From: Arenimonas sp.
GTDB lineage: Bacteria > Pseudomonadota > Gammaproteobacteria > Xanthomonadales > Xanthomonadaceae
Direction of reading: 5' to 3'
Assembly: GCF_036275555.1 (NCBI RefSeq)
Contig: NZ_DASUDO010000048.1
Coordinates: 30,665 to 94,664, forward strand
Length of the DNA stretch: 64,000 nt
Positions 45,122 through 55,330 of the stretch are shown piece by piece; position 1 is the first letter of the stretch, and each line of letters begins with the position of its first letter. Both the position numbers and the translations under genes were made by a program. The notes under the pieces were generated by a model. The model saw only the letters and a list, made by a program, of their open reading frames with translations, was not told where the DNA came from and made no database searches.

Positions 45122-47992
45122 ATGACCTCGATCCGCCGTCCGCGCGCCAGCGCGCTTGCCCTTGCCGTCGGCCTTGCCGTCGCCAGTCTCTCGCCGCTGC
45201 ATGTCCCGGACGCCGTGGCCAAGGAACAGGCGCAGCCCGCGCTGGTCGCCGACATCGCCTTCGAGCAGTTCACCCTGCCCAACGGCCTGCGCGTGATCGT
45301 GCACACCGACCGCAAGGCGCCGATCGTCGCCGTCAATATCTGGTACCACGTCGGCGCCAAGAACGAGCTGCCGGGCCGCACCGGCTTCGCGCACCTGTTC
45401 GAGCACCTGATGTTCCAGGGCAGCGAGAACTACAAGGGCGAGTTCTTCGAACCGTTCGAACTGGTGGGCGCCACCGACCAGAACGGCACCACCAACTCCG
45501 ACCGCACCAACTATTTCCAGAACGTGCCCACCACCGCGCTCGACATGGCGCTGTGGATGGAATCGGACCGCATGGGCCACTTCCTCGGCGCGGTGACGCA
45601 GGAGCTGCTCGACGAGCAGCGCGGCGTCGTCCAGAACGAGAAGCGCCAGGGCGAGAACCAGCCCTACGGCCAGGTCTTCGAGCGCCTGCTCAAGGCCAGC
45701 TACCCGGAAGGCCACCCGTACAGCTGGACCACCATCGGTTCGATGGCCGACCTCAGCGCCGCCTCGCTCGATGACGTGCAGCGCTTCTTCAAGACCTGGT
45801 ACGGCCCGAACAACGCCGTGCTGGTGCTGGCTGGCGACATCGATGTCGCCACCGCGCGCGAGAAGGCGATGAAGTACTTCGGCGACATCCCGGCCGGCCC
45901 GACCATGGCCCAGCCGAAAGTCGACCCGGCCCCGCGCACCACTTCCACCCGCGACACCTTCACCGACAAAGTGCCGCAGGCCCGCGTCTACCGCGCCTGG
46001 AACACCGCCGAGTACGGCAAGCCCGACGTCGAGCACCTGCAGCTGCTGGCCCAGGTGCTGGGCGGTTCGCGCAGCTCGCGCCTCGACAAGCGCCTGGTGT
46101 TCGAAGACAAGCTCGCCGACAACGTGTCGGCCGCGGCCTGGCCGAACCTGCTGGGCGGCCTGTTCTTCATCCAGGTGGACGTGAAGCAGGGCGTGGACGT
46201 CGCCACGGTCGAGAAGGCGCTGGACGAAGAGCTGGCGAAGATCCTGGCCGACGGCCCGACCGCCGCCGAGCTCGAGCAGGCCCGCACCGTGTACAAGGCC
46301 GGCTTCGTGCGCGGCATCGAGCGCATCGGCGGCTTCGGCGGCAAGGCCGACGCGCTGGCCGAGTGCGCCGTGTTCGCGGGCGACCCGGGCTGCTTCCGCG
46401 ACAGCCTGCGCACGCTCGAGACCGCGACTGCGAAGGACCTGCTCGCCACCGGCCGCCGCTGGCTGTCGAAGGGCGACCACACCATCGTCGTCACCCCCGG
46501 CGAGCGCGTGCCCACCGTCGAGGCGCCCAGCGTGACCCCGCCGGCCGCCACCGCCGTGCCCGCCGCCGACAAGAAGTACACCGTGGTCGAGACCGGCGTG
46601 GACCGCAGCAAGGGCGTGCCGGTCACCGAAACCTTCCCGTCGCTGGCCTTCCCTGCCCTGCAGCGCACCGAGCTCAGCAACGGCATGAAGGTGATCCTGG
46701 CCGAGCGCCCGGGCCTGCCGGTCGTGCAGATGAACCTGCAGCTCGACGGCGGCTACGCGGCCGACCTGGGCGGCAAGCTCGGCACCTCCAGCTTCACGAT
46801 GGGCATGCTCGACGAAGGCGCCGGTGACTACGACGCCCTCACCTTCGGCGATCGCGCCGAGGCCCTCGGCGCCAACCTGGGTTCCTCCGCCAACCTCGAC
46901 GGCGGCAGCGCCTATCTGTCGGCCCTGAAGGAAAACCTGGACGAGTCCGTCGCCCTGTTCGCCACCATGCTGCGCGAGCCGCGCTTCGACCAGAAGGAAA
47001 TCGAGCGCGTCCGCCAGAGTTGGATCGCCGGCATCAAGCAGGAGAAGGCCCGCCCGAACGCGGCGGCGCTGCGCCTGCTGCCACCGCTGATGTACGGTGA
47101 GAACCATCCGTACGCGATCCCGTTCAGCGGCTCCGGCACCGAAGCCTCGATCGCCTCGCTGACCCGCGACGACCTCGTGGCCTTCCACCAGCGCTGGGTG
47201 CGTCCGGAAGGCGCCACCCTGGTCATCGTCGGCGACACCACGCTGGCCGAGATCACCCCGGTGCTCGAGAAGCACCTGGGCAGCTGGAAGGGCGAAGGCC
47301 AGGCCGCGGCGCAGGCGGCGATCCCGGCGGTGGCCCTGCCGGCCAAGCCGCGCGTGTTCCTGGTCGACCAGCCGGGCGCCATCCAGGCCAACGTCTACGT
47401 CGGCCAGCTGGTGCCCTCCACCCGCGATGACCAGGCCACCGAGCTCGAGATCGCCAATGCCGTGCTGGGCGGCGAGTTCAGCTCGCGCCTGAACATGAAC
47501 CTGCGCGAAGACAAGGGCTGGGCCTACGGTTCCTATAGCTTCGTGCAGGCCGCGCTGGGCCAGCGCCCGTGGATCGCCTTCGCCGCGGTGCAGATCGACA
47601 AGACCAGCGAGTCGATCGCCGAGCTCAAGCGCGAGATCACCGAGTACACCACCGGCCAGGTGCCGGCGGCCGCGGCCGAGGTGGCGAAGATCCAGGCCAC
47701 CGAGATCCGCAGCCTGCCGGGTTCGTACGAAACCGCCAACGCCGTGCTCGGCGCCATCGGCGGCATCGTCCGCTACCAGCGCCCGGACGACTACGTGGTC
47801 CGCCGCCGCGCCGAGATCGAGGCCCTGACCCCGGCCGTGGTGCAGGAGGCCGCCAAGGCCATCCGGCCCGAGGCCCTGACCTGGGTGATCGTGGGCGACC
47901 TGTCCAAGATCGAGGCGGGCGTGCGTGCGTTGAACCTCGGCGAGGTGCAGGTGGTGGATGCCGACGGCAAGCCGGTGGCCGCCGCGAAGTAA
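45122..47992 (+). CDS. M16 family zinc metallopeptidase (PqqL-like), secreted
   Basis: HLFEH (inverted HXXEH), NGTT and LREDKGWAY; signal peptide. Confidence 0.93.
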   Translation: MTSIRRPRASALALAVGLAVASLSPLHVPDAVAKEQAQPALVADIAFEQFTLPNGLRVIVHTDRKAPIVAVNIWYHVGAKNELPGRTGFAHLFEHLMFQGSENYKGEFFEPFELVGATDQNGTTNSDRTNYFQNVPTTALDMALWMESDRMGHFLGAVTQELLDEQRGVVQNEKRQGENQPYGQVFERLLKASYPEGHPYSWTTIGSMADLSAASLDDVQRFFKTWYGPNNAVLVLAGDIDVATAREKAMKYFGDIPAGPTMAQPKVDPAPRTTSTRDTFTDKVPQARVYRAWNTAEYGKPDVEHLQLLAQVLGGSRSSRLDKRLVFEDKLADNVSAAAWPNLLGGLFFIQVDVKQGVDVATVEKALDEELAKILADGPTAAELEQARTVYKAGFVRGIERIGGFGGKADALAECAVFAGDPGCFRDSLRTLETATAKDLLATGRRWLSKGDHTIVVTPGERVPTVEAPSVTPPAATAVPAADKKYTVVETGVDRSKGVPVTETFPSLAFPALQRTELSNGMKVILAERPGLPVVQMNLQLDGGYAADLGGKLGTSSFTMGMLDEGAGDYDALTFGDRAEALGANLGSSANLDGGSAYLSALKENLDESVALFATMLREPRFDQKEIERVRQSWIAGIKQEKARPNAAALRLLPPLMYGENHPYAIPFSGSGTEASIASLTRDDLVAFHQRWVRPEGATLVIVGDTTLAEITPVLEKHLGSWKGEGQAAAQAAIPAVALPAKPRVFLVDQPGAIQANVYVGQLVPSTRDDQATELEIANAVLGGEFSSRLNMNLREDKGWAYGSYSFVQAALGQRPWIAFAAVQIDKTSESIAELKREITEYTTGQVPAAAAEVAKIQATEIRSLPGSYETANAVLGAIGGIVRYQRPDDYVVRRRAEIEALTPAVVQEAAKAIRPEALTWVIVGDLSKIEAGVRALNLGEVQVVDADGKPVAAAK

Positions 47993-48017
47993 GCCGCCGG
48001 ACTCATTGCCGGTTCAG

Positions 48018-48052
48018 CACGGGCGGGGCGACAATCCCGCCCGTGTTCTTTT
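48018..48052 (+). terminator. Rho-independent terminator after the M16 peptidase
   Basis: CACGGGCGGG-N8-CCCGCCCGTG-TTCTTTT. Confidence 0.7.
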
Positions 48053-48063
48053 GGAGAGACAAC

Positions 48064-48456
48064 GTGCGCAAGCTTGCCCTGGTCCTGCTGCTGATCCCCC
48101 TCGCCTCCGCCTGCACCTGGGTGAAGATGGCGCCCGGTGCCAAGGAAGTGCGCGTGGCCCGTGCCGACCAGGACCTCTCGGCCTGCACCAAGCGGGGCGA
48201 AGTGTCGGTCTCGGTGAAGGACCGCCTTGGCCCCTACGACCGCAACGACCTCAAGGTCCGCGACGAGCTCGAGACCCTGGCCCGCAACGAGGCCCCCAGC
48301 CTGGGCGCCGACACCGTGCAGCCCAAGGGCCAGCCGATGGATGGCGAGCAGCGCTTCCTGGCCTTCAGCTGCGGCAGCGCCAGCCTCGGCACCCGTGCCC
48401 CGGCGCCCCGCCCGGCGGCCGAGGGCGAGGCCGAAACCTACCCGATCGCCGACTGA
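48064..48456 (+). CDS. DUF4156 family lipoprotein
   Basis: GTG start with GGAG SD; lipobox ASAC; ARNEA..LGADTV. Confidence 0.8.
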   Translation: MRKLALVLLLIPLASACTWVKMAPGAKEVRVARADQDLSACTKRGEVSVSVKDRLGPYDRNDLKVRDELETLARNEAPSLGADTVQPKGQPMDGEQRFLAFSCGSASLGTRAPAPRPAAEGEAETYPIAD

Positions 48457-48496
48457 GGCGCCGGGCACGGTTCTTCACATCCCGGGGCCGCGGAAG

Positions 48497-48525
48497 TTGA
48501 GAGGACGGTTGTAAACAGGTAACTT
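48497..48525 (+). promoter_or_regulatory. Possible sigma70 promoter of oleA
   Basis: TTGAGA-N17-TAACTT in an AT-richer patch. Confidence 0.4.
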
Positions 48526-48556
48526 TGACGGGTTTCCCTCAAGGCGAATCCTGCCC

Positions 48557-49573
48557 ATGCTGTTCCAGCACGTCTCCATCGCCGGCCTCGCCCACATCGA
48601 TGCCCCGCATCGGCTGAGCTCCGCCGACCTCAATGCCAAGCTCCAGCCCACGATGGACCGGCTGGGCATCAAGACCGACGTGCTGCAGGACATCGCCGGC
48701 ATCTTCGCCCGTCGCCTGTGGGACGACGAAACCCAGGCCTCCGATGCCGCCACCCTGGCCGCCGAGAAGGCCCTGGCCGACGCCGGCGTGCCGCGCGAGA
48801 AGATCGGCCTGCTGGTCAACACCTCCGTCAGCCGCGACTTCCTCGAGCCGTCCACCGCGTCCATCGTCTCGGGCAACCTGGGCTTGGGCGAGAACTGCCA
48901 GAACTTCGACGTTGCCAACGCCTGCCTCGCCTTCCTCAACGGCATGGACATCGCCAGCCGCATGATCGAGCGTGGCGAGATCGAGTACGCCCTGGTCGTG
49001 GATGGCGAGACCGCCAACCTCGCGTACAAGAAGACCATCGAGCGCCTGAGCGCGCCCGACGTCACCGAAGAGCAGTTCCGCAACGAACTGGCCACGCTGA
49101 CGCTGGGCTGCGGCGCCGCCGCCATGGTGCTCTCGCGCGCCGAGCTCACCCCCGACGCGCCGAAGTACCGCGGCGGCGTCACCAAGGCCGCCACGCAGTG
49201 GAACACCCTGTGCCGCGGCAACCTCGACCGCATGGTCACCGACACCCGCATGCTGCTGATCGAAGGCCTGAAGCTCGCCACCGCCACCTTCGGCGCGGCG
49301 CGCCAGGCGCTGGGCTGGGTGGTGGATGAACTCGACGAGTTCGTCATCCACCAGGTCAGCCAGGTGCACACCCAGGCCTTCATCAAGGCCTTCGGCATCG
49401 ACCCGAAGAAGGTGCTCACCATCTTCAACGAGCACGGCAACATCGGCCCCGCCTCGGTGCCGATCGTGCTGAGCAAGCTGCGCGAGATGGGCCGCCTGAA
49501 GAAGGGCGACCGCGTCGCCCTGCTGGGCATCGGCTCCGGCCTGAACTGCTCGATGGCCGAAGTGGTCTGGTAA
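48557..49573 (+). CDS. oleA: Olefin biosynthesis condensing enzyme OleA (thiolase/KAS III fold)
   Basis: LEPSTA, NACLAF, LTLGCGA, HQVS and GNIGPAS. Confidence 0.93.
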   Translation: MLFQHVSIAGLAHIDAPHRLSSADLNAKLQPTMDRLGIKTDVLQDIAGIFARRLWDDETQASDAATLAAEKALADAGVPREKIGLLVNTSVSRDFLEPSTASIVSGNLGLGENCQNFDVANACLAFLNGMDIASRMIERGEIEYALVVDGETANLAYKKTIERLSAPDVTEEQFRNELATLTLGCGAAAMVLSRAELTPDAPKYRGGVTKAATQWNTLCRGNLDRMVTDTRMLLIEGLKLATATFGAARQALGWVVDELDEFVIHQVSQVHTQAFIKAFGIDPKKVLTIFNEHGNIGPASVPIVLSKLREMGRLKKGDRVALLGIGSGLNCSMAEVVW

Positions 49574-49584
49574 CCCCAGCACTT

Positions 49585-49620
49585 CTCCCTCTCCCCTCGG
49601 GGAGAGGGCCGGGGAGAGGG
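49585..49620. repeat. CCCTCTCCCC-type palindromic repeat
   Basis: CCCTCTCCCC-TC-GGGGAGAGGG-CC-GGGGAGAGGG. Confidence 0.75.
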
Positions 49621-49636
49621 AAGCCCCCTCGCCACG

Positions 49637-49663
49637 AAAGCCCGCCCCCCCCGGCGGGCTTTT
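49637..49663 (+). terminator. Rho-independent terminator after oleA
   Basis: AAAGCCCGCC-loop-GGCGGGCTTTT. Confidence 0.75.
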
Positions 49664-49771
49664 GCATTCCAGCGCCAGCCCGCGCGCAGACGCTCCGGCC
49701 TTCCCTCGGCACTGCCGGACCGCCCACCCGCCTGTGTCAGACTCGGCGCCATCGTCCCTGCGGCCACACCG

Positions 49772-51190
49772 ATGATCCGCCCGCCTTGCCTCGCCCTGAT
49801 CCTCATCGCCGCCCTGGCACTGGCACCGGCCTTCGCCGCGGGCCAACCCCCGGTTCCCGATACGCCAGCGGGCCAGGTCTTCGGCCAGTGGCTCACCTCG
49901 TTCAACGCGGCCGACGCCACGCGCATCGGCGAGTTCCAGCGCACCTACGAACGCGAAACCCCGGTCGAGGATGTGTTGCAGCAGCGCGCGGAGACCGGCG
50001 GCTTCACCCTGGTCGCGCTTGAGTCCGCGTCGCCGAACCAGCTGTCCGCCACGCTGCAGGAAGTGGAGCTGCCCGACAGCCGCCTCCGTTTCGATCTCAC
50101 CGTCGAACCCGGCACGCCGCACCGCATCACCGCGCTGGACGTGGAGTACCTGCCCACGCCGCGTCTGGACGAAGCGGCCGCGATCGCCGCCGTGGTGGCG
50201 CGAGCCGATGCGCTGGCCAGGCAGGATCGCTTCAGCGGCGCGGTGCTGGTGGCCCGCGGCGACAAGATCCTGCTGGAGCAGGCCTGGGGCCTGGCCGACC
50301 GCGCGCAGGGCACGCCGAACACCATCGACACCCGCTTCCGCCTCGGCTCGATGAACAAGATCGTGACGGCGGTGGCGGTGCTGCAGCTGGTCGAGGCGGG
50401 CAAGCTCGCGCTCGACACCCCGATCGGCGAGTACCTCCCGGATTGTCCGAATCCGGACGCGGCGGCGAAGGTCACGATCCGCCACCTGCTCACGCACCGC
50501 GCCGGCGTCGGCGAAATCGGGTTCGGTGAATCGCCGGAGTTCAAGTCGCCCGCCGAATTCATCGCGCGGCGCGACGCGATGCGCACGCCCTCCGATTACC
50601 TCGCGCAGTACGCGGGCCAGGCGCTGGCCTTCGAGCCCGGCAGCCAGACCGAGTACTCCTCGCTGGGCTTCATGGTGCTGGGCGCGCTGGTCGAACGCGC
50701 CAGCGGTCAGGACTACTACGCCTACGTGCAGCAACACATCCTCGATGTCGCGGGCATGGCGCGCACGGGCTCGCTGCCGGAGACCACGCCGGTGGAGGGC
50801 CGCGCCGTGGGGTACCTGCGCCAGGGCAAGGCCTGGGTGCCGAACGGCGACACGCTGCCGTTCCGCGGTTCGCCGGCCGGCGGCGGCTACGCCACCGTGC
50901 GCGATCTTCACCGCTTCGTGCAGGCGCTGCAGGCCGGCCGCCTGCTGTCGCCGGCGATGGTGGCCGAAGCCACGCGCCTGCAGAGCGGCTGGCAGGGCCT
51001 GGGTTTCGAAGTCGTGGGCGAGGGCGCGCTGGCGAGCTACGGCCACGGCGGCATGGCGCCGGGCATGAACGCGCACCTGCGGGTTTATCCGCAGCTCGAC
51101 CTCACCATCGTGGTGCTGAGCAACCTGGATCCACCGGCGGCTGGCCTCGTTTACGCCTACCTGCACGAACGCATGCCGGTTCCCGAATGA
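49772..51190 (+). CDS. Secreted serine hydrolase, beta-lactamase (class C-like) family
   Basis: Signal peptide, FRLGSMNK (SXXK), LLTHRAG, YSS (YxN variant) and GHGG. Confidence 0.9.
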   Translation: MIRPPCLALILIAALALAPAFAAGQPPVPDTPAGQVFGQWLTSFNAADATRIGEFQRTYERETPVEDVLQQRAETGGFTLVALESASPNQLSATLQEVELPDSRLRFDLTVEPGTPHRITALDVEYLPTPRLDEAAAIAAVVARADALARQDRFSGAVLVARGDKILLEQAWGLADRAQGTPNTIDTRFRLGSMNKIVTAVAVLQLVEAGKLALDTPIGEYLPDCPNPDAAAKVTIRHLLTHRAGVGEIGFGESPEFKSPAEFIARRDAMRTPSDYLAQYAGQALAFEPGSQTEYSSLGFMVLGALVERASGQDYYAYVQQHILDVAGMARTGSLPETTPVEGRAVGYLRQGKAWVPNGDTLPFRGSPAGGGYATVRDLHRFVQALQAGRLLSPAMVAEATRLQSGWQGLGFEVVGEGALASYGHGGMAPGMNAHLRVYPQLDLTIVVLSNLDPPAAGLVYAYLHERMPVPE

Positions 51191-52212
51191 CCGCGACGCG
51201 CCCGCAAGCCACACCTCGCTTCCGCTGGGCATTCCCCGCCTTCGCGGCGGCGGTGATCGCGGCCAACGCCGTGCTGGTGCACCAACACCCTTCGCTGGCC
51301 GGCGCGCCCGCGCCCGAATGGCCGGTGATGTTCGACCTGCTGCTGTTCCTGCCGCTGGTCTGCCTCGCGCTGCACTGGCGCCAGGGTTGGCGAACCGCGG
51401 CGCTGAAAGCCGCGGCGGTCGCGGGGCTGGGCGCATTGGCCGGCAGCCTGATCCTCCCGGCCGACAGCAAGCTCCTTTGGCGCACCGTCGAAGAGCTGCG
51501 CCTCCTGCTGATCGTGGGCGTGCTGCTGGTGCAGGCCGGCGTGCTGGTGATGCTGCTGCGCGCGGTGTTCAACGCGCGCCACGGGCAGAACCTGGAGCTC
51601 GCCCTGGCGGAGGCGATCAGGCAGCGCTTTGGCGATACCGCGTTCGCGCGGGTGCTCCAGCTCGAGGGGCGCCTCTGGCTGTACGCGCTCGCGCGGCGTC
51701 CGGTGCGCCACGCGTTCCCGGGGCATCGGCATTTCAGCGTCGGCAGGCAGGGCATGAACGCTTCGAACCAGTTCGCCTTCCTGGTGCTGGTGGGCGCCGA
51801 GCTGCCGGTCGCGCACCTCCTGCTCATGATGTTCGATCCGTTCGTGGCCCTGGTCGTGACCGCGCTGTCGGCCTACGGCTTCCTGTTCCTGCTGGCCGAG
51901 TACCGCGCCACGCAGCTGCGGCCCGTCAGCGTCACCGAGGACGGCCTGCAGCTTCGCCACGGCGTCGCCACCGATTTGCGGCTGGATTGGGACGCCATCG
52001 CCTCCGTATCGCCCACCTGCGGCGCGGTGCGGCGCGCCCGTGGCGAGCTGCGGATGGTGGGGATGGGCGAGGCGAACGTGCGGATCGAACTGAAGGCAGG
52101 GACGTCGCTGCCCGGCCTGTTCGGGTCGCGCCCGGTCGAGCGGATCCATCTCGGCGTGGATGATCCCGAGGGACTGTTGGCGGAGATCCGGGCCAGGCAG
52201 TCCGGCGCCTGA
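51187..52212 (+). CDS. Multi-TM hypothetical membrane protein with a PH-like C-terminal domain
   Basis: About six hydrophobic segments; 4-bp overlap with the upstream gene. Confidence 0.75.
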   Translation: MTATRPQATPRFRWAFPAFAAAVIAANAVLVHQHPSLAGAPAPEWPVMFDLLLFLPLVCLALHWRQGWRTAALKAAAVAGLGALAGSLILPADSKLLWRTVEELRLLLIVGVLLVQAGVLVMLLRAVFNARHGQNLELALAEAIRQRFGDTAFARVLQLEGRLWLYALARRPVRHAFPGHRHFSVGRQGMNASNQFAFLVLVGAELPVAHLLLMMFDPFVALVVTALSAYGFLFLLAEYRATQLRPVSVTEDGLQLRHGVATDLRLDWDAIASVSPTCGAVRRARGELRMVGMGEANVRIELKAGTSLPGLFGSRPVERIHLGVDDPEGLLAEIRARQSGA

Positions 52213-52225
52213 GCAGACGTTGCCC

Positions 52226-53080
52226 TCAGCGGGTCGGCGCGTGCGCCTCGAAGAACGCCCACATCACCGCCGTCGCGTCGACCGATCGGCTGCCGTGGCT
52301 GCGCGCATGCCCGGGCCAGTCGTGCTCGCCGCGGCGAAAGCTGTAGAGCACCACCGGGGCCTTCTCGTCGCACACCCAGCGATGCCGGCGCACGCCTTCC
52401 GCGCGCTGCTTCGGGCCGTCCAGCGCTTCAACCGTAGCGGTTGGCCTGCAGCCCTCGCGCGCCGCCCAGGCCTGGCCCAGCGCCGGGATGTCGAGCGTGC
52501 GTTGTCCGCCCCGGTACGGCAGCGATGAATCCCGTTCGCCGTGGAAAAGGACCACCGGCGGCTTGTCGCCGAGGCCGCTGTCATCGGGCGCGGCCCCGGC
52601 CACGAAACCCGCGGCCACCACGCGGGTCGGCTCCTGGCAGGCAAAGCGCCAGCTCATCTGCGCGCCGCCCGAATAGCCATTCATGAACACGCGCGCGGGA
52701 TCGACCAGGCCTTCGGCCGCCAGTGCGTCGATGAGTGCGCGCAGGAAATACACGTCGGGGCTATGCGGCCCGAAGATCCGCCAGCGCTCGCCCCGCGACA
52801 GCGGGTAGGCCACCGCGGCGCCGTGCGCGGCGGCAACCGCGTTCCAGCCCGACATCGCCTCGATCTGCCCCGCCGTCTGGCCGTGGCCGTGCAGCGTGAT
52901 CACCAGTGGCGCACGTTTTGCATCGGGCGGTAAGAACAGGTTGAACTGGCGGCGCTCGCCGGCAGCATCGAGTTCACGCGGCGTCGCAGCCGCATCCGCG
53001 ACGGCGGGCGACGCACTCGCCAGCGCGACCAAGAAGACGGCACGCCAGAGCAAGGCCGACGACTCGAGCGCCGGCTCCAC
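52226..53080 (-). CDS. Secreted esterase, PHB depolymerase/LpqC family
   Basis: PLVITLHG, GYSGGA, HGERD and GEHDWPG. Confidence 0.85.
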   Translation of the reverse strand: MEPALESSALLWRAVFLVALASASPAVADAAATPRELDAAGERRQFNLFLPPDAKRAPLVITLHGHGQTAGQIEAMSGWNAVAAAHGAAVAYPLSRGERWRIFGPHSPDVYFLRALIDALAAEGLVDPARVFMNGYSGGAQMSWRFACQEPTRVVAAGFVAGAAPDDSGLGDKPPVVLFHGERDSSLPYRGGQRTLDIPALGQAWAAREGCRPTATVEALDGPKQRAEGVRRHRWVCDEKAPVVLYSFRRGEHDWPGHARSHGSRSVDATAVMWAFFEAHAPTR

Positions 53081-53083
53081 CGA

Positions 53084-53572
53084 CTAGCCCCGCACCGCCG
53101 CCTCGATGGCCGCCACGTCGATGCAGGTCATCGTCATCATCGCTTCGAACGCGCGCCGGCCCACCTCGGGATCCGGATCGGCGAGAGCGCGCGTGAGTAC
53201 GCGCGGGGTGATCTGCCAGTTCACGCCCCAGCGGTCCTTGCACCAGCCGCAGGCACTGGGTTGGCCGCCGTTGGCGAGGATGGCGTTCCAGTAGCGGTCG
53301 GTCTCCGCCTGGTCCCCGGTGGCGACCTGGAACGAAAATGCCTCGGTCTGCGGGAAGGCCGGGCCGCCGTTGAGTCCGAGGCAGGGGAGGCCGAGCACGG
53401 TGAAGGTGACCGTCAGCACGTCGCCCTTCTTGCCCGAAGGAAAATCGGACGGGGCCTTGAAGATGCCGTCGACCTGGCTGTCGGGGAAGGTCTCCGCGTA
53501 GAAGCGGGCGGCGTCCAGTGCGCCGCCGTCGTACCAAAGGCAAACGGTGTTGCGGGCGATGGGTGCGGTCAT
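53084..53572 (-). CDS. VOC family (PhnB / 3-demethylubiquinone-9 3-methyltransferase-like) protein
   Basis: CLWYD, LNGGP and CGWCKDRWGVNWQI; GAGG SD. Confidence 0.9.
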   Translation of the reverse strand: MTAPIARNTVCLWYDGGALDAARFYAETFPDSQVDGIFKAPSDFPSGKKGDVLTVTFTVLGLPCLGLNGGPAFPQTEAFSFQVATGDQAETDRYWNAILANGGQPSACGWCKDRWGVNWQITPRVLTRALADPDPEVGRRAFEAMMTMTCIDVAAIEAAVRG

Positions 53573-53717
53573 GGCGGCTTCCTCGCGGCGCGGTATTCCC
53601 TGCACCCGGGACGCTAGCACCCGGTGTCCCCCGTTGCCACCACGGCCCGGCCGGGTCGACCACCTGCCGTCGACAAGATCGACGCGCGCCCGCTGCTGCG
53701 CGGGCGCGCGCGACGCG

Positions 53718-54770
53718 TCAGGCCACCTTGAGCCGCGCGATCGCCGGCGCCGCCGCCAGCTCGCCGAACAGGTCCTTCGGATCGCGCAGCACCGGGATCA
53801 GGCCGGCCTCGTGGCCCAGGCCCAGCTCCTTGGCGCAATCGCGCACCAGGCGCAGGGCCGAATAATCCTCGAGCGCGAACCCGACCGAATCGAACAGCGT
53901 CACTTCGGCGCCGTTGCGGCGGCCGGCGGCGCGCAGCGTCAGCACTTCCCACAGCTCGGTGGCGGGGAAGTCGGCCGGCATCTGCTGCAGCTCGCCCTCG
54001 ATGCGCGACTGCGGCTCGAACTCGACGAACACCGACGCATTCGCCACCACCTCCGGCGCGAGCTCGGTCTTGCCGGGGCAATCGCCGCCCACGCCGTTGA
54101 TGTGCATGCCGGGCTCGATCATCTCGGGCGTCAGGATGTCGGCATTGGCCTTGTCCGCGGTGACCGTGGTCACGATGTCGGCGCCGCGCACGGCCTGGGC
54201 CACGCCGGCGCTGCGCACGACGCGCAGGGCGGGCGCGGCGACGGCCAGGTTGCGCACCAGCTTGTCGGTGGCGGCCGGGTCGGTGTCGAACACGCGCACT
54301 TCCTCGATGCCCATCAGGTGGTGGAAGGCGAGGGCCTGGAACTCGCTCTGGGCGCCGTTGCCGATCAGCGCCATCGTCTTCGCGTCCTTGCGCGCCAGCA
54401 GCTTCGCGGCCATCACCGAGGTGGCGGCGGTGCGCAGCGCGGTGGTCAGGGTCAGCTCGCTGATGAGGGTCGGCATGCCGGTGTCCATGTCGGCCAGCAC
54501 GCCGAACGCGACCACGGTCGAGAGGCCCAGCTTGGTGTTGCCCGGATGGCCGTTGACGTACTTGAAGCTGTATTCCTTCGCGTCCGCGACCGGCATCAGT
54601 TCGATCACGCCCAGCGCCGAGTGCGCGGCCGAGCGCGGGCTCTTGTCGAACTCCGGCCAGCGGCGGAAGTCCGCCTCCAGGTAGTCGACCAGGCGGCCGA
54701 GCAGGGCCGGCAGGCCGTTGGCGGCGACGATGCGGGTGAGGTCCTGGGTGGTGAGCTGGGTCATGGCCAT
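53718..54770 (-). CDS. ocd: Ornithine cyclodeaminase
   Basis: KYVNGHP, TALRTAATS, GGDCPGKTEL and FDSVGFALED. Confidence 0.93.
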   Translation of the reverse strand: MAMTQLTTQDLTRIVAANGLPALLGRLVDYLEADFRRWPEFDKSPRSAAHSALGVIELMPVADAKEYSFKYVNGHPGNTKLGLSTVVAFGVLADMDTGMPTLISELTLTTALRTAATSVMAAKLLARKDAKTMALIGNGAQSEFQALAFHHLMGIEEVRVFDTDPAATDKLVRNLAVAAPALRVVRSAGVAQAVRGADIVTTVTADKANADILTPEMIEPGMHINGVGGDCPGKTELAPEVVANASVFVEFEPQSRIEGELQQMPADFPATELWEVLTLRAAGRRNGAEVTLFDSVGFALEDYSALRLVRDCAKELGLGHEAGLIPVLRDPKDLFGELAAAPAIARLKVA

Positions 54771-54846
54771 CGGGGTGCTCCGGGTGGGCGATTCGGTGAG
54801 GCCATTGTCCGGACCCGGGTGCCAGGGCGAAATGGCAAGAATGCTA

Positions 54847-54873
54847 CGTTTTAGCCAGAAACCTGCTAAAACG
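54847..54873. promoter_or_regulatory. Inverted-repeat operator between ocd and the Lrp gene
   Basis: CGTTTTAGC-N9-GCTAAAACG in an AT-rich divergent intergenic region. Confidence 0.55.
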
Positions 54874-54899
54874 GCAGTAAGAAATGCCGGAGTGTCCAG

Positions 54900-55319
54900 A
54901 TGGACGACCTCGACCAGCGCCTGATCGCCAAGCTCCGCCACGACGGCCGCGCCGCGGTCGCCGACCTGGCCAAGGCCCTGGGCGTCTCCCGCGGCACCGT
55001 CACCAACCGCATGGCGAAGCTGCAGCAGGAGGGCGTCATCGCCGGCTACACCGTCCGCCTGCGCCCCGATGCCGCCCCGGACGAGATCTGCGCCTGGACC
55101 TCGCTAGCCGTCGAAGGCAACCAGCACCGCGTCATCCGCGCGCTGCTCGGCGAACCCGGTGTCGCTGCCCTGCACGACACCAACGGCCGCTGGGACCTGC
55201 TGGCCGAACTGCGGGTGGGCAGCCTGACCGAACTCTCCGCCACGCTCGAGCGCATCCGCGGCATCGAGGGCGTGAGCGCCAGCGAAACCAGCGTGCACCT
55301 GCGGACCCTGCGCGGATAA
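54900..55319 (+). CDS. Lrp/AsnC family transcriptional regulator
   Basis: MDDLDQRLI..LRHDGR..LAKALGVSRGTV; divergent from ocd. Confidence 0.92.
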   Translation: MDDLDQRLIAKLRHDGRAAVADLAKALGVSRGTVTNRMAKLQQEGVIAGYTVRLRPDAAPDEICAWTSLAVEGNQHRVIRALLGEPGVAALHDTNGRWDLLAELRVGSLTELSATLERIRGIEGVSASETSVHLRTLRG

Positions 55320-55330
55320 GGAATCCATCG

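Noticed and set aside
49772-51190. Acquired beta-lactam resistance gene
   Set aside because: YSS and HGG motifs in place of YxN and KTG indicate a generic esterase/peptidase of the family.
54884-55330. 432-aa ORF suggesting an Lrp-orphan fusion or frameshift
   Set aside because: Lrp is complete with its own stop, and the orphan has its own SD and ATG at 55331.
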